A DNA stretch of 64,000 bases from Verrucomicrobiia bacterium (GCA_028687435.1 JAQUAF010000010.1:9176-73175); one strand, 5' to 3'; shown: positions 17,214-26,715, counted from the first letter of the stretch. The notes: generated by a model not told the origin, from the letters alone. Made by a program: numbers and translations.

Positions 17214-18495
17214 TCTGTCCGGCGCCGTGGATCAGATACTTGTATGTGGTGAGTTCCTCAAGGGCCATGGGGCCCCGGGCGTGCAGCCGGTCGGTGCTGA
17301 TGCCGATTTCCGCGCCCATGCCGAATTCAGCCCCGTCGGTGAAACGGGTCGAGGCGTTGTGATAGACCGTGGCCGAGTCCACTTCGGCGTGAAAACGCCG
17401 GGCGGCTTGGCGGTTTCCCGTCACAATGCAGTCGGAATGGCTTGATCCGTAGGCATTGATATGTTCGATGGCCTGATCAATGGAATCCACAATGCGAATG
17501 GAGAGGATGAGATCGAGATATTCGAGGCTCCAGTCTTCCTCCGTTGCAGGGCGGATTTGCGATGCGTATTTTTTTTGCAAGTCTGTCTTGGCCAGTATCC
17601 GGAGCCCATCCTCCTCCATGCGCAGTTCCACCTTGTGTTCCAGAAGGCTGCGGGCGGCAAGGGGAAGGAATCGGCCGGCGATTTTTTTGTGGATCAGCAG
17701 GGTTTCCATGGCATTGCAGACCCCGGGACGCTGGCACTTGGCATTGATGATGATGCGTTCGGCCATGTCGAAGTCGGCAGTCTCGTCCACATAAACATGG
17801 CAGATGCCCTGATAATGCTTGATAACCGGCACCGTGGAGTTTTCGACCACGGCCCGGATCAGTCCCTCGCCGCCGCGGGGAATGATGCAGGAGAGATATT
17901 TGTCGAGGCGGGCCAGTTCCCGCACGGTGGCGCGATCCGTGGTGGGCACCAGTTGGATGATATGGTTGGGCAGGCCGGCGGTCTTGGCCGCGTCGTTCAT
18001 GGCCGCCGCGATGGCTGTATTGGTGTGGAAGGCTTCGGAGCCCCCGCGCAGAATGCAGGCATTGCCGGCCTTGACGCAAAGGCAGGCCGAGTCGGCGGTG
18101 ACATTGGGGCGCGATTCATAGATGATTCCGATGACGCCGAGGGGAACGCGGATTTTTTGCAGGTGAAGGCCGTTGGGGCGGGTCCATTCCCTGATGATTT
18201 CCCCCACCGGATCGGGCAGGGTGGCGACATCGTCCACGCCTTTGGCCATGGAGGCGACGCGTTTTTTGTCGAGCCGCAGCCGGTCCAGCATGGCGGCGGA
18301 GAGACCGTCTTTTTCCGCCTGGGCCATGTCCATGGCGTTGGCGGACAGAATCCGTTCGGTTTGGGATTTGATGGCCTCGGCCATGGCGTTCAGGGCGTCG
18401 TTTTTATCGCCCGTGGAGCAGACCGCCAGCTTGAGGGCGGCCGCCTTGGCCTGTTTGCCCATGTTCAGGATCAATTGGGGAATGGAATGGTTCAT
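17203..18495 (-). CDS. proA: Glutamate-5-semialdehyde dehydrogenase (gamma-glutamyl phosphate reductase)
   Basis: 430-aa ALDH-fold protein directly downstream of proB; conserved ProA layout. Confidence 0.8.
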   Translation of the reverse strand: MNHSIPQLILNMGKQAKAAALKLAVCSTGDKNDALNAMAEAIKSQTERILSANAMDMAQAEKDGLSAAMLDRLRLDKKRVASMAKGVDDVATLPDPVGEIIREWTRPNGLHLQKIRVPLGVIGIIYESRPNVTADSACLCVKAGNACILRGGSEAFHTNTAIAAAMNDAAKTAGLPNHIIQLVPTTDRATVRELARLDKYLSCIIPRGGEGLIRAVVENSTVPVIKHYQGICHVYVDETADFDMAERIIINAKCQRPGVCNAMETLLIHKKIAGRFLPLAARSLLEHKVELRMEEDGLRILAKTDLQKKYASQIRPATEEDWSLEYLDLILSIRIVDSIDQAIEHINAYGSSHSDCIVTGNRQAARRFHAEVDSATVYHNASTRFTDGAEFGMGAEIGISTDRLHARGPMALEELTTYKYLIHGAGQIRE

Positions 18496-18505
18496 GGCGG
18501 AAAAA

Positions 18506-19330
18506 TCAGGGGAGGAAGATGGTGCCGATTTCCTCGCCCGCGATGAGGCGGGGAAGGATGTCGGGGGTGCGTCCGTTGGCGATGATCAGGGGGCATCCGG
18601 TGGCCAGCACCCGTTTGGCGGCCATGATCTTGCTGCGCATGCCGCCCACGGAACGGTCCGATCCGGCGTCGCCCGCGTGTTTTTCAATCTCCGGGGTGAT
18701 TTCGGGAATCGTGTGGAGAATCCCGGTTTTGGATTCCGGGGTGTTTGCGGAGCGGTTGATGAGGTAGCCATCCACGTTGCTGAGGATGATGCAGACGCTG
18801 GCGCTCAACAATTCCGTGACCATGGAGGCCAGTTGATCGTTGTCGCCGAATTTGATTTCCTCGAACGACACCGCGTCGTTTTCGTTGACGACCGGCACGA
18901 CCCCCATTTGAAGGAGGTTGAGCATGGTGCGCCGGGCGTTTTCCCGCCGGGTGTGGTGTTTGAAATCGTCGTGGGTGAGCAGAATTTGGGCGACGATCAG
19001 GTTCTCGTCGGCAAAGGCGTGTTCGTAACGGTGCATCAGCAGGTTTTGTCCCACTGCGGCGCAGGCCTGGAGATCGGAGATGCCGGAGGGACGCTGGCGC
19101 AGTTGGAGCCGGCTCATTCCGGCGCTGATGGCGCCCGAGGTGACCAGCAAGACCTGCCGTTTTTGTTTGCGCAACGCCGCCACCTGTTGCGCCAGATGCC
19201 GGATGCGCAGGGGATCCAGGGAGCCGTCCGCGCGCGAAAGCACGCCGGTGCCCAGTTTCACGACAAAAAGCTTGCCGTGGGAAAGGATTTTTCGATGGGT
19301 GTTCATGGGGTTCTCAGCAGAGCCATTCAT
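18506..19330 (-). CDS. proB: Glutamate 5-kinase (start uncertain: 19330 or 19306)
   Basis: KLFVVKLGTGVLS and VTSGAISAG kinase motifs; PUA-like C-terminus. Confidence 0.75.
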   Translation of the reverse strand: MNGSAENPMNTHRKILSHGKLFVVKLGTGVLSRADGSLDPLRIRHLAQQVAALRKQKRQVLLVTSGAISAGMSRLQLRQRPSGISDLQACAAVGQNLLMHRYEHAFADENLIVAQILLTHDDFKHHTRRENARRTMLNLLQMGVVPVVNENDAVSFEEIKFGDNDQLASMVTELLSASVCIILSNVDGYLINRSANTPESKTGILHTIPEITPEIEKHAGDAGSDRSVGGMRSKIMAAKRVLATGCPLIIANGRTPDILPRLIAGEEIGTIFLP

Positions 19331-19558
19331 CTTTAACCATAAAACGCCCGAAAAAAACAAAAATATTTCGATGTTATTTGCTTGGAGAGATGGATTGGCA
19401 GCCAATAGCTCTTGTCGACGCCTGTTTTTCAACCCATAGGGTTGGCATGGATTCCTTTCAATTTTATCGATTTGGATCTTCTTTCAAAACGATGAGTTTA
19501 TCGATTCGTTACGTTGCATGGAGCTGGTTCCATTGCGACAGGCAAGTTGACAAGATGG

Positions 19559-19572
19559 GTATCAATTGATAC
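19559..19572. promoter_or_regulatory. 14-bp perfect palindrome GTATCAATTGATAC ending 4 nt before the toxin ATG; candidate operator for the antitoxin
   Basis: Direct reading. It overlaps a TTGACA(19547-19552)-17 nt-TACTTT arrangement. Confidence 0.45.
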
Positions 19573-19575
19573 TTT

Positions 19576-19947
19576 ATGAGTGGTGAAACTGAAACTTTTT
19601 CTTTTGAAAAGCCCATTCCCTCATTATGGAGGAAATCGGTCTGCGGTATTTTGCGCGCAGGAGTCAATGATAGTATTTTCACCACTTTTCAAGCCGACAG
19701 AGACTGGGCTGCGGCTTTTCCAGATGCGTGGGATTATGACCGCTTCGATGCCATTATTCGCGCATTGGAGGCAAAAGAGGCCGGAGGCCGACAGATCATG
19801 GACATGGACGAAGATGGGGAAACTTATGCTTTCTGGTTCCATTTTCGCGGTAAAAAAATTTATGGAAAAATCAACCTTCTTCCCAATCGGAAAATGATTA
19901 TTTTATATTCAAGTCACACCCCTCGAAAAGGAGAGGAAAATTTGTGA
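19576..19947 (+). CDS. MqsR-like toxin (type II TA, toxin-first gene order)
   Basis: Pattern matches MqsR along its length: KPIPSLWRKSV..ILRAGV ~ KRTPHTRLSQVKKLVNAG, and C-terminal GKKIYGKINLLPNRKMIILYSSH ~ GQVYLKITVIHDVLIVSFKE. Its stop overlaps the start of an MqsA-like gene (GTGA). Confidence 0.5.
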   Translation: MSGETETFSFEKPIPSLWRKSVCGILRAGVNDSIFTTFQADRDWAAAFPDAWDYDRFDAIIRALEAKEAGGRQIMDMDEDGETYAFWFHFRGKKIYGKINLLPNRKMIILYSSHTPRKGEENL

Positions 19948-20420
19948 AACCCCCTGTGCCAGGATGGAAAAGAATCGTCATTCAGCAAACGGTGCCGATT
20001 CCAAGCATGGATGGAGACGGTATCGTTGAAACCATCGATGTGGAAGTCAATGCCTGGAAAAATCCCAGGACAGGGGATGTTTTTTTTGACGGAGAGGCCC
20101 GGAAAATTCTTGAAAAAGCAAAAGCCCGGCATATGGGACTCTTGACTCCCGACCAGATCAGGGAATTGCGAGGCCATCTGGGATTGACCCAAAAAGAGAT
20201 TTCGGAACTGATTCAGATCGGGGAAAAAACATGGACACGATGGGAAACCGGACGCGAAAGGCCATCCCGCTCCCTGAATGTCCTGCTCAATGCCCTGTTG
20301 GACGGACGGATTGACACAAGTTATCTGCGGATGCTCCGCAAACCCGGATTGAGCAAAGCAACGCATGATACGGAGCTTGTGCGCGCATCTGTCCATTCAA
20401 AAATTGCGGCTGGAAAATAA
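19944..20420 (+). CDS. MqsA-like antitoxin: N-terminal degenerate (cysteine-less) zinc-ribbon domain plus C-terminal XRE HTH
   Basis: C-terminal GLLTPDQIRELRGHLGLTQKEISELIQIGEKTWTRWETGRERPSRSLNVLLNAL closely matches the MqsA HTH domain. N-terminal PVPGW...KNPRTGD replaces the CPVCG...HCPNCGE zinc ligands. GTG start with an AAAAGGAGAGG RBS. Confidence 0.6.
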   Translation: MKPPVPGWKRIVIQQTVPIPSMDGDGIVETIDVEVNAWKNPRTGDVFFDGEARKILEKAKARHMGLLTPDQIRELRGHLGLTQKEISELIQIGEKTWTRWETGRERPSRSLNVLLNALLDGRIDTSYLRMLRKPGLSKATHDTELVRASVHSKIAAGK

Positions 20421-20617
20421 AGTTTGAAACTGAGGAGTGAGGGAAAAACCCCATCGAAGCGTTGAAGTTGGCGGAACCGGGATTCTGCGGAACTGGCTGG
20501 CGAGCGGAAACAGAAAAGACCCGTAAATGAGAGGGAAAGGACGGTGAGAACGGTGGATAAGCCCCCGTTCGATTACAGGCGACGCTAAACGCAATCGTTG
20601 GAAGGGAGGCTGGTGTG

Positions 20618-21598
20618 TCAATGTGACCGCAGCCCCCGAAACGGCCATGATGAAATACTCAACAAACGACGGATTGTCCTTTGATGAATCCCCCCAATTC
20701 CGTTGTTCGATATGGAAGCTTTCAACCCCGTTTTTTTCAAAGACGCCGATCTGGCAGAGGCGTTCTCTTTGCGGATCATTTCTTGCAACGCCAAATGGAA
20801 GCTCCGAGTTAAGGGGCCGGGATGTCCTTTTCCGATCAGACAATCATCCACTCGAATTACCGGCGTCAATTCGCGGCAGGTCGATGTGATGAAAACCTCC
20901 TTCGCGGCGCGCAAGATGTCGCGTGAGATGGGGCTGCGTCGGACGGGAATACTCATATCCTTTGCCAGTCTTATCACACAAGCGGCGGTAATGCCGGACA
21001 AAACCCCCTTTTCCGGCGTGACCAGACTGGGCCCCGGAGCCACCGCAAAAACATTGAACGTGGTTCCCTCCAATACATCCCCCTTTCCATCAACATAAAC
21101 CAACTCGTCAAATCCAAGCCGTTTCGCCCTCAGGGTCTCGTAAATTGCGGAAAAAAAGCCGGTGGATTTGATCTCTGGACAGGTTCGGGATGCCGGGGCG
21201 GACATCAAGGAAATTCCCACTTTATATTGCCAGGGAGGAAACGGCTCAAATGGATCCGCCGTCACGATGAGCGAAGGCATTCTTTCCGGAAGAAATCCGG
21301 TTGAGACGCCTCCCGTCATGACAATGCAAACCATGGCTTCAGAAAACCGGTTTTTTTCAACCAGCTGGACAATCACTTTCTGAAGAAAATCAGGCGTGAT
21401 TGCCAAGGGCAGGCGGACATATTTAATGGCTTCCCATAACCGTCTGAGGTGGGCATCCGTCTGAAACGGGACGCCTTCATAAAACCGCAGGAACTCAAGA
21501 ATCCCATATCCACGAACCAAACCGAGATCCTTCGGAAAAATTCCCGGTTGATCAGCAGGTACAAAATTTCCATTGCAAAAATAAAAGGGGGCTTTCAC
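20618..21598 (-). CDS. Class IV aminotransferase (BCAT / D-amino-acid aminotransferase / ADC-lyase family)
   Basis: Fold IV PLP pattern (CNGNFVP..., EGTTFNVFAV, ...ITSTCREL). Probable GTG start overlapping the rnk stop (GTGA). The C-terminal ~50 aa are low-complexity. Confidence 0.6.
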   Translation of the reverse strand: MKAPFYFCNGNFVPADQPGIFPKDLGLVRGYGILEFLRFYEGVPFQTDAHLRRLWEAIKYVRLPLAITPDFLQKVIVQLVEKNRFSEAMVCIVMTGGVSTGFLPERMPSLIVTADPFEPFPPWQYKVGISLMSAPASRTCPEIKSTGFFSAIYETLRAKRLGFDELVYVDGKGDVLEGTTFNVFAVAPGPSLVTPEKGVLSGITAACVIRLAKDMSIPVRRSPISRDILRAAKEVFITSTCRELTPVIRVDDCLIGKGHPGPLTRSFHLALQEMIRKENASARSASLKKTGLKASISNNGIGGIHQRTIRRLLSISSWPFRGLRSH

Positions 21599-22011
21599 AA
21601 ACCGCGATCCCGGGCATCTGCCGGATGGCATTGGACCATTTTGATTTTCAAACGCCGGATTCCCGCGGGCACTTTTGATTCAAAAACATCGCCCGTCTGA
21701 TGTCCCAACATGGCCATTCCGACCGGCGCGAGCACGGATACTTTTGACTGTTCCATATTGGCCTGATCAGGGAAAACCAGCGTCAAAGTTTCCTTTCGAT
21801 TTGTGTCAACATCCTCAAGACACACCCTTGAATTCATGACAACCACATCCTTGGCCATTTCGGAGGAAGAGACGACCTCGCTTCGATTCAATCCATTTTC
21901 AAGATCATTCAAAGCCTCTGGATGCGGATAGCGGGAGCTTTTCAATAAAAAGATCAATTTTCTCAATTGCTGCATGTCGTTTTCCGTGATGCGAACAGGT
22001 TTGTCTTTCAT
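21595..22011 (-). CDS. rnk: Regulator of nucleoside diphosphate kinase (GreA/GreB C-terminal-domain family)
   Basis: ITENDMQQLRKLI...VVVMNSRVCLEDVDTNRKETLTLVFP...SVLAPVGMAMLGHQTGD matches Rnk. Confidence 0.65.
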   Translation of the reverse strand: MKDKPVRITENDMQQLRKLIFLLKSSRYPHPEALNDLENGLNRSEVVSSSEMAKDVVVMNSRVCLEDVDTNRKETLTLVFPDQANMEQSKVSVLAPVGMAMLGHQTGDVFESKVPAGIRRLKIKMVQCHPADARDRGL

Positions 22012-22093
22012 TTTGTCTTGCTGCGTTGACGTTTAGGCGGAATTTTGGGCCCCGCAGGGGAAAGCCCGCCAAAATGGAGGAATAGGGCGGCCC

Positions 22094-23542
22094 TTATGGA
22101 CGGAAGATGAAGTTGGTAAACTGCCACGGATCGCCATGATCCGGCTGGGCTTGTGGATTTTCGCCGAAAAACACCCGATGCCGATGCAAGGGAGTCCAGT
22201 CCGCGGGCCGGGAAAAAACGCGTCCCAAATAGGGACGGGCCACGCGAAGAATTTCCCCATGCGGCAGTTCCTCGGGAAAACAGACCCCCTTTTTGGGATT
22301 TTGAATCGCCCACAGAGCGGCCGCCAGAACCCCGGCGGCCACCTGCACCGCCGTGGCGTTCACGTGGGGCACCTTCTTTCGCGCCGCCTTGATGCTCAGG
22401 ATGCTGCCTGTCCACCAAGATTGATACTGATGTCCCATGATCAATGCCCCGACCAAATCCATTCCCTCCGTAATTTCATCCGTGAGTATGCGTTTTTTTG
22501 TGTGAAGCTCGTAATTCCGGCATCTCAACTCATGGAGCGAAACAATGGTGTCGTTGCACGGCATGTAGGCATAATGAACGGTCGGTCGATAGACCGCCTG
22601 TCCGTTTTCATGCACGGTCAGGGCATGCGAAATACTGAAAGATTCGCCATGGGTGACCGCCATGCCGACAATTTCCTGGTTGGGGACCCAGGATCGCACC
22701 CACGTATTCAACCCCATTTGGGACAGAATGATCTGGTTTGCGGAGCCGACTGACGGTTGGGTTGAAAAGGGGGGCAGCCACTTTTCATGCGTGCCCCACC
22801 CCAATTCACTGGGCGAAATCGATTCCTCCCACATGCCCTCCACACTCCAAGTCCCCACGAATTCATCGGGCTCTTTGGGTTTTGATGCGCGTTGGGAATC
22901 CCATTCACTGCAATGAATGACCTTGACGCCCAACTCACGGGCCAGATGGGCGAATTCCTCCCGCTCGACCAAACGTTCCAGCCTCCGGATTTGAACCCGC
23001 GGCGTCTGTTTTTCGCGCAGTGCCTTGGCCGCAATATCCAGAAGTCCCAGTTTTACGAAGTGCGAAACCAGTCCGGGATTGGCGCCATGATCAATGACCG
23101 CCGTTGTTGTATTGCGCCATTTTTCCACCAAAGGCAGCACTTGCTGGTATTGGGCGTAAAGGGATTTTTCAAGGGATGTCTTGCCTTGCATATCCGAAGC
23201 CGGCTCCCATGACTCCAGTGACGCGTTGATATAAAGCGCGTTGCTGTGATGCGCCCATTCCAAGATATCAAAAAAGTTGATGCTCCAAGCCAGATCAACG
23301 ATCAGGCCGCCCCGTCCAACATGGGTTGACAACAGCCGGGACAGATTGAAGGGAGTGATGCGTTCGCGGACAAAGCGCAACCCCTTGTTAATCCAAGGCC
23401 GCAGAATCTCCTCACGATCCGCAAAATCAATGACCGTGATATTGCTCAAAGGGATGCGCAAGTGTTTCAACAACATGGGCAGGGCGGCTTGCGCCACCAC
23501 GCCAAAGCCGGTTATCAACATCCGTTGGTTGAAGTCAATCAT
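22094..23542 (-). CDS. Homospermidine synthase-like enzyme (saccharopine-dehydrogenase NAD(P)-binding family), paralog A
   Basis: 482 aa. N-terminal Rossmann ITGFGVVAQAALPMLL, conserved core VHYAYMPCN and C-terminal DPWQFTNF. Confidence 0.6.
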   Translation of the reverse strand: MIDFNQRMLITGFGVVAQAALPMLLKHLRIPLSNITVIDFADREEILRPWINKGLRFVRERITPFNLSRLLSTHVGRGGLIVDLAWSINFFDILEWAHHSNALYINASLESWEPASDMQGKTSLEKSLYAQYQQVLPLVEKWRNTTTAVIDHGANPGLVSHFVKLGLLDIAAKALREKQTPRVQIRRLERLVEREEFAHLARELGVKVIHCSEWDSQRASKPKEPDEFVGTWSVEGMWEESISPSELGWGTHEKWLPPFSTQPSVGSANQIILSQMGLNTWVRSWVPNQEIVGMAVTHGESFSISHALTVHENGQAVYRPTVHYAYMPCNDTIVSLHELRCRNYELHTKKRILTDEITEGMDLVGALIMGHQYQSWWTGSILSIKAARKKVPHVNATAVQVAAGVLAAALWAIQNPKKGVCFPEELPHGEILRVARPYLGRVFSRPADWTPLHRHRVFFGENPQAQPDHGDPWQFTNFIFRP

Positions 23543-23560
23543 GATGCCAAAACCATTCTG

Positions 23561-25012
23561 TTAATCCTTGATCAGGAAGTTCTTGAATTGCCACGGATCC
23601 CTCAGATCCAGGTCCTGTTTGACATATCCCTTGAAATACCGGGGATAATCCTTCAACGGCGTCCAGTCCGACGCCTTGGAAATGAACCGGCCAAGATAGG
23701 GTTTGGCAACCTTGAGCACGAAATCGTGCGGAAGATCATCCGGCACGCAAACCCCCTTTGCGGGATTTTTCACCATCCACATGGACGCCGCCGCCACGGA
23801 AACCGCCACCTGCATGGTGGTGGCATTCTGGTGCGGCACCAGCTTGCGGGATTGTTCGATGCTCAGGTCGCTGCCCGTCCACCAGGAATTGTAGTCATGC
23901 CCCATCAACAGGGCGCCCAGGATATCCGCGCCGCTGGTGATTTCGTCGTTCATGATGCGCAGTTTCGGCTGCAACTTGTAATTGTATCCCCTCAATTCGT
24001 TGAGGGAGGCTATCGCGCAGTCGCACGGGCAATAGGCATAATGAACCGTCGGACGATAGGCGGCTTTTCCATTTTTCCACACCGTCAGCTTGTCGGAGAT
24101 GGTAAACGCCTCCCCATGCCGCACCACCATCCCATGGATCGCATAATCGGGCACCCACGAACGCACCCAGGTGTTCATGCCCATGCGCGCCAGGCAGATT
24201 TGATTGCGCGGCCCATCCTTGTGACGGAAGGCCAGCGGAGGCAGTTCCTTCTCGTGCGTGCCCCATCCCATCTCGGACGTGGTGATGCCCTCCTCGCGGA
24301 ATCCCTCGATGCTCCAGGTATTTACAAATTCATCCACCCGCTTGGGCTGATTGGTGATCTGCGTGTCCCGCTCGCTGACATGAATCACTTTCACTCCAAG
24401 CTGTCTGGCCAGGAGATTGAAGGAGAGCTCCTTGATGTGCTGGCGCAACGTCTCCGCCTGCCGCCCCCTGACCTTGCGATCCGACAACAGCCGGTTGCCG
24501 ATGTCCAGCAAACCCTGTTTCACGAAATGGGAAATCAATCCGGGATTTGCCCCGTGTTCCAGCACCGCGGTGGGACCGGGCTGTTTCCACTTCGCCTTCA
24601 AGCGCCGGATGTTCATGTGCCGCCAGTACAGGGTCAGATCCGTGGGATGCCGCCCGATGGAATGCGCGTACGGATCCCAAAGCTCGATCGAGGTGTTGAC
24701 ATAAAGAACCCCGTGATCGTGGCACCATTGCAGGAGCTCGCAACAATCGATATTCCACGCCAGATCGATCAACAAATCGCCATCGCCGAGATATTTGCCC
24801 AGCAGCCGCCCCATGTTCGCGCGCGTCACCTGTTGCCTTGCAAACTTCACGCCCCGGGCGGTCCACGTCTTCAGACTCTCCGCCCGGTTTTCAAAATCCA
24901 TGATGGTGATGTTCCTGCAGGACACTCCCGTCAACCTGACCAATATGGGCAGGGCGCACTGCGCCACCGAGCCATAGCCGATAAACAATATTTTACGATC
25001 GAAACCGCTCAT
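23561..25012 (-). CDS. Homospermidine synthase-like enzyme, paralog B (about 55% identical to A by eye)
   Basis: 483 aa and collinear with paralog A (LFIGYGSVAQCALPIL...VHYAYCPCD...DPWQFKNF). 19-bp gap to paralog A. Confidence 0.6.
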   Translation of the reverse strand: MSGFDRKILFIGYGSVAQCALPILVRLTGVSCRNITIMDFENRAESLKTWTARGVKFARQQVTRANMGRLLGKYLGDGDLLIDLAWNIDCCELLQWCHDHGVLYVNTSIELWDPYAHSIGRHPTDLTLYWRHMNIRRLKAKWKQPGPTAVLEHGANPGLISHFVKQGLLDIGNRLLSDRKVRGRQAETLRQHIKELSFNLLARQLGVKVIHVSERDTQITNQPKRVDEFVNTWSIEGFREEGITTSEMGWGTHEKELPPLAFRHKDGPRNQICLARMGMNTWVRSWVPDYAIHGMVVRHGEAFTISDKLTVWKNGKAAYRPTVHYAYCPCDCAIASLNELRGYNYKLQPKLRIMNDEITSGADILGALLMGHDYNSWWTGSDLSIEQSRKLVPHQNATTMQVAVSVAAASMWMVKNPAKGVCVPDDLPHDFVLKVAKPYLGRFISKASDWTPLKDYPRYFKGYVKQDLDLRDPWQFKNFLIKD

Positions 25013-25251
25013 GGATATATCTCCTGTTGATGTGCGCCCAAAACCGCCCGCGTCTGTTGCAAACGCGCAAAAGACCGCAAGCGAATCAGACGCCCGCCCA
25101 TTTCATTAGCTGGTTTCATGCCAAAAATGGCAATTGACGGATATCAGCGAAAAAGGGACAGACCGCGGAAAGGAAATGGCACGCTGCGAACCACCGGTGG
25201 TTCGCGGCGTGCCAGATTAAAGCTGTTGCGACTGTAAAATTTGTGTTTTTT

Positions 25252-26715
25252 TCACGCCTCCGACTCGGGTTTTTTCTGTTTTGCCTCTTCGGCTTCCTGA
25301 CCCTGCCCCGGGTGCAAGCCCAGCTGCCGGAGTTTTTCGCGCAATCGAAGCCGGCTTATTCCCAGCCAGCGGGCAGCTTTGGCCTGGTTGCCTTGGGCCC
25401 GGCGGATGGCCTGGGCATAAAGTTCCGGTTCCAGATCGGACATCATCTGCGCCAGCGCATTCTGCGTTTCATTTTGCTCCACCTTTGACAACAAATCCGA
25501 AATATAAACGGCATGCGACTGTTCGTTGAAATCCGACAGTTTTCGAACCTTGCCCATCACTTCCTTGATATGATCCACGCTGATCGTATAGTTGCGAGCC
25601 AGCAAAAGAGCCTGCCGTGTGACGTTTTCCAACTCGCGCACATTCCCCGGCCAGGATTGCTGTTTCAGATACTCCAACGCCTCGGGATGGATGGAAGGCC
25701 GGGTTGCGCCGGCATCGGGGCCATGCTTGAGCAAAAAATGCCTTACCAAATCCGGAATATCCTCGGTGCGTTGCCCAAGGGACGGCAGTTGGATGGTCAC
25801 AACACTCAACCGATAATACAAATCCTCGCGAAAATCCTTTTCCTGGATGGCGGCCTCCAAATCGCGATGGGTTGCGGCAATAACGCGCACATCCACGGGC
25901 ACGCTTTCGCAGCCTCCCACCCGGTGGATGCTGGTTTCCTGCAGGACGCGCAGCAGTTTCGCTTGCAGGTTCATATTCATATCGCCGATTTCATCAAGGA
26001 AAAGCGTCCCTCCGTTGGCCTGCTCAAACCGGCCGATATGACGCCTGTCCGCGTTGGTGAAAGCTCCGCGTTCGTGCCCAAACAGCTCGCTCTCCAGCAA
26101 ACTTTCCGGAATGGCGGAACAGTTCACGGCCAGAAAAGGGGAGGATGAGCGGTTGCTATGTTGATAGATGGCGCGCGCCACCAGTTCCTTGCCGGTGCCG
26201 GTTTCGCCCCGGATCAACACCGTTGCCTTCGTCGCCGCAACGCGCCCGATTTCCTTGTAAACAATTTGCATGGCCCGGCCCTGTCCAATGATCGCGGTGC
26301 GGTTGGATTCGGCGGATCCCATCTCAATCGGGTCGGACATCAAGCGGCTGCATTCGATCGCGCGTCCGACAAGATCGAGCATTTCGTCCATTTCAAAGGG
26401 TTTTAACACATAGTCGAAAGCGCCCCAGCGCGTCGCCTCAATCGCCGTTTCAGTCGTGCCATGGGCGGTCATGAGAATGATGGGCAGCTTGGGCCTGGCT
26501 TGGCGCAACCGGCGCACAAGGGCAAGTCCGTCGGCGCCAGGAAGTTTGAGATCGCTGATCACCAAATCGAAAGACTCCGCAAGCGCGCAAGCGCACCCTT
26601 CGTCACCCCGGGTCAGCACGGTCAGTTCATAACCCTCGGCCTCCATCACCTTGCGCATGCCGCCGGCAATGGCATGATCGTCCTCAACAAGCAATATTCT
26701 GGGAGAATTCTTCAT
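25252..26715 (-). CDS. Sigma-54-dependent response regulator (NtrC family: REC + AAA+ + Fis-type HTH)
   Basis: REC domain (LLVEDD...DLVISD...K), Walker A GETGTGKE, GAFTNA motif, ESELFGHERGAFT, C-terminal HTH. Start at the MKNSPRIL Met. Confidence 0.8.
   Translation of the reverse strand: MKNSPRILLVEDDHAIAGGMRKVMEAEGYELTVLTRGDEGCACALAESFDLVISDLKLPGADGLALVRRLRQARPKLPIILMTAHGTTETAIEATRWGAFDYVLKPFEMDEMLDLVGRAIECSRLMSDPIEMGSAESNRTAIIGQGRAMQIVYKEIGRVAATKATVLIRGETGTGKELVARAIYQHSNRSSSPFLAVNCSAIPESLLESELFGHERGAFTNADRRHIGRFEQANGGTLFLDEIGDMNMNLQAKLLRVLQETSIHRVGGCESVPVDVRVIAATHRDLEAAIQEKDFREDLYYRLSVVTIQLPSLGQRTEDIPDLVRHFLLKHGPDAGATRPSIHPEALEYLKQQSWPGNVRELENVTRQALLLARNYTISVDHIKEVMGKVRKLSDFNEQSHAVYISDLLSKVEQNETQNALAQMMSDLEPELYAQAIRRAQGNQAKAARWLGISRLRLREKLRQLGLHPGQGQEAEEAKQKKPESEA

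Noticed and set aside
17461-18546. 361-aa ORF on the plus strand plus several nested ORFs
   Set aside because: Antisense to proA. The composition is G/D/A-rich.
19547-19575. Confident promoter call TTGACA-17-TACTTT for the toxin gene
   Set aside because: The -10 abuts the ATG, so the geometry only works for a leaderless transcript starting inside or at the start codon. It is kept as a hypothesis within the TA finding, not as a feature.
23462-25030. 522-aa ORF on the plus strand
   Set aside because: Antisense to homospermidine-synthase paralog B.
25013-25251. Sigma-54 promoter upstream of homospermidine-synthase paralog B
   Set aside because: Only a partial TGGCACG without a correctly spaced TTGC was seen, and on the wrong strand. 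It cannot be supported by eye.
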